This document shows, in pieces, positions 10,014 to 17,684 of a stretch of DNA of 64,000 nucleotides (position 1 is its first letter; each line of letters begins with the position of its first letter). Source of the stretch: Methanobacteriota archaeon (GTDB lineage: Archaea; Thermoplasmatota; Poseidoniia; Poseidoniales; Poseidoniaceae); the NCBI GenBank assembly GCA_002722615.1, contig PBMQ01000035.1, positions 2,460 through 66,459 on the forward strand, read 5' to 3'. The notes beneath the pieces are model-generated. The model did no database searches, had not been told where the DNA came from, and worked only from the letters and a program-made list of their open reading frames with translations. The position numbers were made by a program, and so were the translations under genes.

Positions 10014-11216
10014 ATGGCAGGTGAAGTAGACCCACAAAGTGACGTTTCCTTGATGGGAGGGCGTGCACGAACACTTCATCTCAAAGCCTTGCGTAAGCAG
10101 TGGCAAATCATTACATTGCAGGTTGTATCGACCATTGCTCTCGTTTGGATGTATCTCGAAGTTGTCTCCACATATGTCGTCAACAGCATCGATCACACCA
10201 TGCTGTTCGAATCACTTGAATCGCTTGTTGGAGAGGTACCAATCGGAGATTGGTTAATTGGTTCAGGGAGAACCGGTCTTGCTCGTTTCTATGTTCCTAT
10301 TGTACTGGGTTTGGGCCTCGGTGGCTCGATGGCGATCATGGCTTTCCAGTCGCCAAGAGTTCAGCAACGAATCAAATTGGGCTTCATCATTACACTCATG
10401 GTACTCCTTGTCGGTCGTCTGATTCTGACTTGGGTTCCTTCGATGCTTTTCTCCTTAGAATTCAGAGCACCTTACGAAAGCGAACTCAAGACACTCGAAT
10501 GGCCGTTGTTGATGATTCTATCCCTGATTATCCTCTTCATCTATCTCCTCCCTGTGATTATGGGGACGCGTGGAATATGGGGTCTTTCTCGACGATCGAT
10601 TGGATGGGCTATTGGATTCACGCTCCTGTTTCTCGCCATCCATGCCATCCTCACTTTCCCGTTGATTAAGTCCCAATTAGGTGATTGGGGGTCGAATTTG
10701 ATTTCGCTTGAATCTCAAGTAAGTGATCCAACGGTTGGGATATTTGGATATTATTTCGTTACCGAAGAGCAGTTTTCTCTCATTTCGATTGCAGTCCTGA
10801 TCATGGTCTTCCAAGAATCTGGATTTGGTGTCATCCGCTATCTTGAGTACGCATATCGTCTTCCAGAGTCTTGCAAGCGAGACCCAGAATATGTCCGACA
10901 AATGGACAATGTTTTGAACGGTCATCTTCGACACACAGCAGGATTCCTAACCGTTACAGGACTTGTTACCGTTGTAGCCTTGGGCTTTCACAGTGTCCTT
11001 TTGGAATTTGTACGGAATTCAACAGGAAGTCAATGGGCTGCACAAGTTTCGGAATCCATTGAATTATCCCTCACTTATGGTTTGGTCATCTCTGCTCTTC
11101 TCTTTTTGAGCCTCGTTGCAGTATTGCGATTCTTTGTTCCATGGCAACGTGTTTGGGGATTGATTGAGTCGATGACTAACAAAACGCCTGAACCAGTTAA
11201 AGAAAAAGAATTCTGA
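10014..11216 (+). CDS. Polytopic membrane protein, unknown function (third gene of the DUF4350-DUF58 operon)
   Basis: The ATG directly abuts the DUF58 stop (TAGATG). Eight or more hydrophobic segments. No motif recognised. Confidence 0.55.
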   Translation: MAGEVDPQSDVSLMGGRARTLHLKALRKQWQIITLQVVSTIALVWMYLEVVSTYVVNSIDHTMLFESLESLVGEVPIGDWLIGSGRTGLARFYVPIVLGLGLGGSMAIMAFQSPRVQQRIKLGFIITLMVLLVGRLILTWVPSMLFSLEFRAPYESELKTLEWPLLMILSLIILFIYLLPVIMGTRGIWGLSRRSIGWAIGFTLLFLAIHAILTFPLIKSQLGDWGSNLISLESQVSDPTVGIFGYYFVTEEQFSLISIAVLIMVFQESGFGVIRYLEYAYRLPESCKRDPEYVRQMDNVLNGHLRHTAGFLTVTGLVTVVALGFHSVLLEFVRNSTGSQWAAQVSESIELSLTYGLVISALLFLSLVAVLRFFVPWQRVWGLIESMTNKTPEPVKEKEF

Positions 11217-11453
11217 TCAATTCGTAGCACGAATCGACTGAATCAATCGTCCAACGATTTCCGTAAGAATCAACATTGACAGTGCTAATCCTATAGATGC
11301 AAGCCATTGATACCAGACAACGTCTATGCGTGACCATAGGATTTGATTGAGATAGATGAACCCAACAATGGCGATTAAAAAGACGAGCTTTTCGAGCATC
11401 ATTGGATACGATGAGCCCTTTGATTCATTCCGGAAGAGAAGGGTTTCAACCAT
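11217..11453 (-). CDS. Small two-TM membrane protein, unknown function
   Basis: 78-aa ORF starting 9 nt after the stop of the coiled-coil gene (TGAGGCGATAGCATG, with GAGG as a possible SD). Two hydrophobic helices (LVFLIAIVGFIYLNQILW, LASIGLALSMLILTEIVG). Confidence 0.5.
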   Translation of the reverse strand: MVETLLFRNESKGSSYPMMLEKLVFLIAIVGFIYLNQILWSRIDVVWYQWLASIGLALSMLILTEIVGRLIQSIRATN

Positions 11454-11462
11454 GCTATCGCC

Positions 11463-14400
11463 TCAGAAGTCCAATTCAGAGAGTTGATCATGCAAGGCTT
11501 CCAATCGAGGGTCTCTCTTAGGTTCCTCGGCAGGAGCGGGACGTAATCGGCGTTCTGAATCAAGTCGAGCAAGTTCAGCCTCGAGATCAGCACGATCTTC
11601 TTGCAAAGGAACAGTTGGAGTCTCTTCAACAGATGCAGTTTGAGGGGTAGAGTCCTCAGGTGCAGGCATTTCTTCCCATTCAGCAATTACTTCTACAACC
11701 GCAGGTTCAGCATCGAGAGAGACGCTTTCTTCAACAACCAAGGTGGGTTGAATGTGTTCCATCATATCATCCATTACAGGAGTTCGCTGACCAACCGGAA
11801 TTGATGTGCGTTCAAAGGGTAGGAATCCATCTCGTTGGAAATCCCACATTGCTCCTCGAGGAACGCCTTTTGTTAATCCAGATGCATCGATTTGAGTTAA
11901 TAATTCTTCAAGGACCTGTGCTGTTTGCTCAAGAGCAATCGCTTCACCAGCATCACGTTGATCTGCCTCTAGATAGATGTCGTCAAGGGCAACTCGAATC
12001 AATCGTCGAGTCTCAACAGCCACGCTCGGTAGAGCCTCAGGGCGCATGCAGTTCATGCGCAATGCATCAATCTCTTCAGGTGGAGCACCAAGAGTACCAA
12101 GTTGATCGAGTACATTTCTCATGCGACGAAGCATGGTTATCGAGCGATCATAATCTTCGAGAATTCCTTCCAAATCAAGGATCAGATGACCAACAGTTTC
12201 TCCGAGTTGATTTTCCAATCGTTGTTGAACTGACCAGCGAGCCAGGCCACGCACAGCACCTGCAGTTTGCGGAACTTGTCGCTCAAGAAGTGTCATCACC
12301 TCACTGCTGAGCAAATGACGTGGTGTAGCCGCTATGTGATCGACGGTCGACTGAACGATTTGTAGAGCACGCTCAACTGCTCGGTCGAGTAAAATCACCG
12401 AGTATCCGAGCGTGCGTGCGTGTTCAAGTCGGTCAAGAACAGGACCAAGGCCACGGAAGGTTGCATCATCATTGAGTAGTGCCTGTGCAAGTGGTTCTTC
12501 TGATAAGCGAGCGCGAAGTCGTTCCGCTTCTGCGATATCAGACACTGCCTCTTCATGTGCCTCTGTAAGTGCTTCTGCACGAGAAATCAATCCGGAAAGT
12601 TCGGTCTCAGCATTTCCTCGTCGTGCACCGAGATTTCCAAGTTCAGTCAACAATTCCTTTCGTTCACCCATCAATTCGCGCATCTCTGAATGCAATTGCA
12701 TTCGACGAGCTTCATCTTCAGCTAAGCGTTGCCGCTCTTCTTCAGCACGTCGACGACTTGAGAGTGTTTCTGCTTCAATTTGGTCCAATCGAGCCTGTGC
12801 TGCACGAATCTTTTCTTCAGAAGCATTGCTCTTAGTTTGAGCATCAGCTTGCCGTTCACGCAGTGATGACACCTGTTCTTCCATAGCACGTAGTCGGCGT
12901 TCCTCAAGTTCGATTTGCTCACGAATTGATGACAGTCGCTCAGCATTCGCAACCATGTCTGCACGGGTAGTCGCTTCTTGATTGGAGAGCGTCTCAAGTT
13001 CGTTTCGAAGCGCTTCACTGCTCTGCGTATCGCCGAGTGCTTTGGCCAATTCAGAGGCTCTTTCACTGAGTTGATGCTCAAGTTCGCTGACGCGGCGAAG
13101 AAGGCGATCTGCACGTTCTTCAGCTTGCTCCATTCGTGTTCTCGATTCTGATACGGTGACCTGTACACGATTGAGTTCATCGTTCTTTGATTGAATAGTT
13201 TCGACTTGTACACCTGTCGATTGTTTGATTTCATCGAGACGGACCATTGCCTCAGTTCGATCCTTCTCTGCATCTTGCAACTGACTGGTCAGCGTTGCGT
13301 TGGTACGCATCAGAGAATCTGCACGACGTTCGGATTCCTCTAAGCGACGGCGCAAACCTGAATCAACACCAGATAAAGGAGCGGCACTGGGAAGCGTTTG
13401 TGCTGTTTCTTGACCTCCTACATAGATGCTCAGTTTCGAACGAACAACTCGCACTTCGTCGAGTCCAATTTCGAAACCGTACATGTTGTTCAATCGTAAC
13501 ATCATTGATTCACGGCGCTTTTCAGAGCGTGTTCTCACGGTTGAAAGTGCTTCAACGAACTGTTGTAGCGTGAATTTCTCAACATCGCCAGTTGACGATG
13601 AAACCATCGTTCCTGAGGCAAGTCGATGGAGTTTCAGAACACGCTTGCTTTCGGTTAGTCCTTGCATTGCGTCCTCAAAGGACTGCCCATTCGCAGCCAT
13701 TCCAACCGGAAGGCCGTTGTTGAGAGCCAGTGAAACTGCTTTGTCGCTTGCTCCCGCTTTGAGATGCCCGGTAACTCGTTCTTCAAGCGCAGCCGTAAGC
13801 ATGGACATCACAGCATCTGCTCCGCCTTTGCCTTCCCGCAGAACAAATCCGTCCGGTAGAGTGGCAGATCCTTCTGCATATGTTCCAATTTCACCATCGA
13901 GTTTTGCTGTGACGTCGGTAAGTAGTCGGGCATGGTTTGCATCGAGTTCAGTCCAAATTGCGAGGACAATGGTGCTGCTTGAGGCAAGAAGTAAGGAGGT
14001 ATCTTCCATGTTCAATGAGGCATACCCGTATCCATCTCCTCCGAGCTTAATTTGTTGTTCATCCATCGCAATCGAAAGGGATGCAACAGTAGCAGAAAGA
14101 TCCTCAGGTTCTCCTGGAAGTTTGCCCATACTGTCGATTAGGATGCCTTGGTCTGCAGCCAAGGCGCCTCGGACGTGCTCGTACTCTGAGAGAGCCTGTA
14201 GTACTGCGGATATGTTTCGCGCAAACAAGCGATCCGTAACTGCGTTACCTGAACTAAGACCTTGTGTATCCGCCTGAAATTCGAATGCTTCTGGCAACAG
14301 GGTGGCAATTTCTGCAAGACCCTGCAGGGAACAAGAAGAAGCAACCAATCGGTGTTGATTCTTTTCTGCCTCTTCAAGAGCGTTACGAGCATCTGCTCCA

Positions 14401-14597
14401 CCGAGAAGTTTCGTAGCACTCGCTCCCTCACAAAGCCAACCTACAATACGGCCAGCACGGATCAATCGATGACCAAAGGGGGTTTTTCGCCGCCCAACCC
14501 ACGTTGTGATGAACCCATGTTCGAAGGGCTGAATGCTACCAGAGGAAACATCCAATTCATCATCAATTCGTTCAATGTGTGGTAAGTCAAACATCAT
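11463..14597 (-). CDS. Giant Roadblock/LC7-like + PATAN-like + long coiled-coil protein
   Basis: Residues ~150-250 (VLQALSEYEHVRGALAADQGILIDSMG...DLSATVASLSIAMDEQ...YASLNMEDTSLLLASSSTIVLAIWTELDANHARLL) fit the Roadblock layout. GHLKAGASDKAVSLALNNGLPVGMAANGQSFEDAMQGL is DUF4388/PATAN-like. About 300 residues are E/R/L/A/Q-rich coiled coil. No Walker A. Start ambiguous: the ATG at 14597 gives an ATGA overlap with the upstream stop; the longest ORF starts at 14624. Confidence 0.6.
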   Translation of the reverse strand: MMFDLPHIERIDDELDVSSGSIQPFEHGFITTWVGRRKTPFGHRLIRAGRIVGWLCEGASATKLLGGADARNALEEAEKNQHRLVASSCSLQGLAEIATLLPEAFEFQADTQGLSSGNAVTDRLFARNISAVLQALSEYEHVRGALAADQGILIDSMGKLPGEPEDLSATVASLSIAMDEQQIKLGGDGYGYASLNMEDTSLLLASSSTIVLAIWTELDANHARLLTDVTAKLDGEIGTYAEGSATLPDGFVLREGKGGADAVMSMLTAALEERVTGHLKAGASDKAVSLALNNGLPVGMAANGQSFEDAMQGLTESKRVLKLHRLASGTMVSSSTGDVEKFTLQQFVEALSTVRTRSEKRRESMMLRLNNMYGFEIGLDEVRVVRSKLSIYVGGQETAQTLPSAAPLSGVDSGLRRRLEESERRADSLMRTNATLTSQLQDAEKDRTEAMVRLDEIKQSTGVQVETIQSKNDELNRVQVTVSESRTRMEQAEERADRLLRRVSELEHQLSERASELAKALGDTQSSEALRNELETLSNQEATTRADMVANAERLSSIREQIELEERRLRAMEEQVSSLRERQADAQTKSNASEEKIRAAQARLDQIEAETLSSRRRAEEERQRLAEDEARRMQLHSEMRELMGERKELLTELGNLGARRGNAETELSGLISRAEALTEAHEEAVSDIAEAERLRARLSEEPLAQALLNDDATFRGLGPVLDRLEHARTLGYSVILLDRAVERALQIVQSTVDHIAATPRHLLSSEVMTLLERQVPQTAGAVRGLARWSVQQRLENQLGETVGHLILDLEGILEDYDRSITMLRRMRNVLDQLGTLGAPPEEIDALRMNCMRPEALPSVAVETRRLIRVALDDIYLEADQRDAGEAIALEQTAQVLEELLTQIDASGLTKGVPRGAMWDFQRDGFLPFERTSIPVGQRTPVMDDMMEHIQPTLVVEESVSLDAEPAVVEVIAEWEEMPAPEDSTPQTASVEETPTVPLQEDRADLEAELARLDSERRLRPAPAEEPKRDPRLEALHDQLSELDF

Positions 14598-14935
14598 ATC
14601 ACCTGGGGTTGCTGTGCGTTCCATTCTTTTCGAAGGCGTTCAAGTTCGTATCTCCAGACACCTTTCTTCCCGTCCTTCCCAGACAGGTAGACAAAGAGAT
14701 TGTTGCTAAATCGATCACAGAGAGTTAATCGTCGAGCTTCAATCCAGATCTCAAACAACTGGCCGATGCCGAGGTTGTCTGCAATCGATGAGCAAACTGC
14801 CCACTCTCGTTGTTGGTCTTCACTGGAATCGGGCCATTTTGTCGTGGTTTGTACGACGCTACCGAATTGATCCGACAAGCGAACATGATTTGCACCATCA
14901 AGTTCGCAAAGTTGGGAAAATAACCGGTTTAGCAT
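14594..14935 (-). CDS. Roadblock/LC7 (MglB-like) family small protein
   Basis: MLNRLFSQLCELDG / ANHVRLSDQFGSVVQTT / EDQQREWAVCSSIADNLG / QLFEIWIEARRLTLCDRFSNNLFVYLSGKD follows the alpha-beta-beta-alpha-beta-beta Roadblock pattern. Alternative upstream ATG at 14968. Assignment is by pattern, not by search. Confidence 0.5.
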   Translation of the reverse strand: MLNRLFSQLCELDGANHVRLSDQFGSVVQTTTKWPDSSEDQQREWAVCSSIADNLGIGQLFEIWIEARRLTLCDRFSNNLFVYLSGKDGKKGVWRYELERLRKEWNAQQPQVI

Positions 14936-14990
14936 GCTAGCCCAAACCCCTTGACAACAACGTGCCATTCAAGAACTTTCCCGAAACTCT

Positions 14991-15005
14991 TCCCCCGTAG
15001 GGGGA
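14991..15005. repeat. GC hairpin TCCCCC-GTA-GGGGGA in divergent intergenic region
   Basis: Perfect 6-bp stem with a 3-nt loop, read directly. Lies 23 nt upstream of the ATG at 14968 (minus-strand operon). Confidence 0.6.
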
Positions 15006-15053
15006 TTTGGCAACGAAAATCAAAATTCCAACTGCAAATATACAAAACATAGG

Positions 15054-15087
15054 GCGCGGATGCTGATTTGACCATCAATTTCCGCGC
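15054..15087. repeat. Inverted repeat GCGCGGA-N20-TCCGCGC with nested TGAT/ATCA pairing
   Basis: 7-bp GC-rich stem read directly. The loop TGCTGATTTGACCATCAATT can pair internally (TGAT..ATCA). Function unknown. Confidence 0.6.
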
Positions 15088-15216
15088 AAGCACCCTCTTC
15101 AAACCAGAGCTTAATAGGAAAAAAACCCAATTGAAAATCACAAAATCCAATTGTAATTTTAAACCAATAATTTCGTCCATCGGAGGCGTTTAATGGAGGT
15201 GATGTGACGAATCAAC

Positions 15217-16212
15217 ATGGCGGAGTCCACTCAGAGTCCATTCCAGGCACCACCCTGCGATGTCTGTGGAAAGGATGCTGTGATAGAGCAAGCCTACTCT
15301 GGGCGTATATTGTGCGGCCATCACCTCGAGAAGTCCATTCGTAAAAAAGTGGCAAAGGAACTGCGTAAGCAGTTGCACCTTGACAAATCAAAACCAACCA
15401 CAGTCTTTGTTGCAATATCTGGCGGAAAAGATTCAGCAGTCTTGTTGACACTGCTCGTCGAACTGATTGGGATGCGTCGAGATGTTCGGATTGTTGCTGG
15501 TTGTGTTGATGAAGGCATAGACGGCTATCGGCCACCTTCTCTGCAATGTGCGATTGATCTCTGCGAAACACTCGGTGTTGAATTCATTTCTACAAGCTAC
15601 GTCGATCTTGAATTCCATCAAATGGATGAAGTTGTGAAACGATTGCCAATGGTTTCGGAGTCCAACGAAGGTGTTTCTATGATGCCATGCTCGTATTGTG
15701 GTGTATTTCGTCGACAAGGAATCAATGCACTTGCGAAACAAGTTGATGCTGATGTAGTTGCACTCGGACATAATTTGGACGATATGGCCCAAACAGTGTT
15801 GATGAATATGACGAACGGTGACATTGACCGCACGTTACGACTTGCACCACATACCGATGCACCTGTTGATGGATTGCCTCCTCGAATTGTCCCATTGCGC
15901 TGGATTCCAGAACAAGAAATCCATCTGCTTGCAATGCATAAGGAACTGCCACTACATCATGAAGAATGCCCGTATGCCCAAGGTGCACTTCGGTGGCGAT
16001 ATCGAGACATTGTCGCTCAACTTGAGCAGGATGTCCCTGGTACACGTCACAGTTTGGTTCGAATGTCGGACAACATCAAACAAGTTGCTCGCCAAGAGAG
16101 GCCACCAGTTCAGTCTCATCCAATCAAATGCCAACGATGTGGTTCGCCGACATCGGGCTCAACATGCAAAGCATGCGATATGCGAGACTTACTTGATGTT
16201 GAGTTAGAGTAA
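15217..16212 (+). CDS. ncsA: tRNA 2-thiolation PP-loop ATPase, NcsA/TtuA (Ncs6/Ctu1) family
   Basis: N-terminal zinc finger CDVCG...CGHH. PP-loop SGGKDS. LGHNLDDMAQT. Fe-S Cys ligands PCSYCG and ECPY. C-terminal CQRCG...CKAC finger. GGAGGTGAT 13 nt upstream of the ATG. Confidence 0.8.
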   Translation: MAESTQSPFQAPPCDVCGKDAVIEQAYSGRILCGHHLEKSIRKKVAKELRKQLHLDKSKPTTVFVAISGGKDSAVLLTLLVELIGMRRDVRIVAGCVDEGIDGYRPPSLQCAIDLCETLGVEFISTSYVDLEFHQMDEVVKRLPMVSESNEGVSMMPCSYCGVFRRQGINALAKQVDADVVALGHNLDDMAQTVLMNMTNGDIDRTLRLAPHTDAPVDGLPPRIVPLRWIPEQEIHLLAMHKELPLHHEECPYAQGALRWRYRDIVAQLEQDVPGTRHSLVRMSDNIKQVARQERPPVQSHPIKCQRCGSPTSGSTCKACDMRDLLDVELE

Positions 16213-16680
16213 GTTTAGAATCAATTCGTCCATATTTTGTGGTCGCCCACAGTAATGGCAACGCAACGCTAACGGGTCGGTTCTTGTGACCTTCAATCGG
16301 TGCGCTAGAGGTTCACGTGGGTTTTGTGTGATACAGTTTGAGAACGTACATCGGACGACATTGCGGACTTCATCGCCCAAGTTAACGTTCAACTTCTCTG
16401 CAACAGAGTATGCTCGAATGATTGCAATACTCGATTCAGGAGCAACCAATGCCAATCGATCAAGCTCTGATTGTGTGAGTTCACGATCTTCAACTTTGAT
16501 GATGTCTTTTGCACCCATTTTCTTTGAAGGGACATTCATAACCAAGGACACTGGAACGGATGTATCTGTTGAAAGACTGAGTAATTCGAGTACCTTAAGG
16601 GCCTGTCCAGATGGAATGTGATCAATCACTGTCCCGTTTTTGATTGCCGTTACTCTTCGCATGTTGTGTTCTTCAGCCAT
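16204..16680 (-). CDS. pyrI: Aspartate carbamoyltransferase regulatory subunit
   Basis: RRVTAIKNGTVIDHIPSGQALKVLELL N-domain. C-terminal Zn domain (VRCTFSNC...CHYCG). The start overlaps the pyrB stop (TGATG). Confidence 0.9.
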   Translation of the reverse strand: MAEEHNMRRVTAIKNGTVIDHIPSGQALKVLELLSLSTDTSVPVSLVMNVPSKKMGAKDIIKVEDRELTQSELDRLALVAPESSIAIIRAYSVAEKLNVNLGDEVRNVVRCTFSNCITQNPREPLAHRLKVTRTDPLALRCHYCGRPQNMDELILNLL

Positions 16681-17624
16681 CAGGCCTCACCTCCTTGAAT
16701 TTCAGCAGGAACTTCAATTCCTAGCAGTCGACAAAGCAGTGCCATACGGGCTACAACGCCATTGAACGCTTGTTCGAAATAGCGTGCGTGACGGGTTGCA
16801 TCAACGCTTGGATGAATCTCATCAACACGTGGCAAAGGATGCATGATGATCATTTCCGACTTCACATTTCCAAGGTCACGTGCATGCAATTTGTATGCTC
16901 CAGCGACTTTGGCGTATTCGTCTTCATCAGCAAATCGTTCCTTCTGAATTCGAGTCATGTAAACGACATCTGCTTGATTGATGTTGCCAAGTAAATCATC
17001 TGTCTCGGTTACATCGGCGCCATGTTCACGGAGATCTTCCACAATCTCTGTAGGCATTTGCAACAGTTCTGGAGAAGCAAAAATCAGTCGGCAACCGAAT
17101 CGAACTAGGGCATGGGAGAGGCTGTGGACGGTACGGCCGTATCTCAAATCTCCTGCCAAGATAACAGTCAACCCTTCCAATGTACCATGGGATTGTTGGA
17201 TCGTAAACAAATCAAGCATGGTTTGAGTAGGGTGATGGCCAGCTCCATCTCCGCCGTTAAGGATCGGAACGCGAGCAGCATCTTGGGCGTAGCGAGCCGC
17301 ACCTTGGCGAGGATGACGCATGGCGATGATGTCGGTGTAGCCATCAACCATTTGGATGGTGTCAAACAGTGTTTCACCCTTGACAACCGATGAAGTCTTG
17401 ACATCACCAAGATTCACGACATCACCACCTAAACGTTTCATTGCAGTTTCGAATGACATCCTTGTGCGGGTACTTGGTTCGAAGAAGAGATTGCCAAGGA
17501 TTCGCCCTTGTAAGAGTGGTAGATAGGTTTCTCCTCGGGCTACTGGGAGAAGCCGTTGAGCATCAGCAAGGATGTTGTGTATGTCGTCGTTGGTCAAATC
17601 GTCCATCGTGATGAGTCCTTTCAT
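16680..17624 (-). CDS. pyrB: Aspartate carbamoyltransferase catalytic subunit
   Basis: FFEPSTRTRMSFE carbamoyl-phosphate motif, HPTQ, HPLPRVDEI. Confidence 0.95.
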   Translation of the reverse strand: MKGLITMDDLTNDDIHNILADAQRLLPVARGETYLPLLQGRILGNLFFEPSTRTRMSFETAMKRLGGDVVNLGDVKTSSVVKGETLFDTIQMVDGYTDIIAMRHPRQGAARYAQDAARVPILNGGDGAGHHPTQTMLDLFTIQQSHGTLEGLTVILAGDLRYGRTVHSLSHALVRFGCRLIFASPELLQMPTEIVEDLREHGADVTETDDLLGNINQADVVYMTRIQKERFADEDEYAKVAGAYKLHARDLGNVKSEMIIMHPLPRVDEIHPSVDATRHARYFEQAFNGVVARMALLCRLLGIEVPAEIQGGEA

Positions 17625-17684
17625 AGGATGTCCCCTTCTTCTTCAACCATCCAAGCATACCCTTGAACATTGTTGCCAAACAGT

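Noticed and set aside
13426-14277. 283-aa plus-strand ORF (and 12412..12840, 142 aa) inside the coiled-coil gene
   Set aside because: Ser/Ala/Arg-rich low-complexity translation. This is the typical antisense shadow of GAR/CTK-rich coiled-coil codons. No start context, and it fully overlaps a better-supported gene.
11463-14624. SMC/Rad50-like ATPase as the identity of the giant coiled-coil protein
   Set aside because: No Walker A/B or signature motif anywhere in the sequence, and the coiled coil is not split by a hinge.
15054-15087. C/D box sRNA in the GCGCGGA hairpin
   Set aside because: Only imperfect box-like strings (GATGCTGA) are present. The element is ~34 nt, too short for a C/D-C'/D' unit. 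Kept only as an unexplained hairpin.
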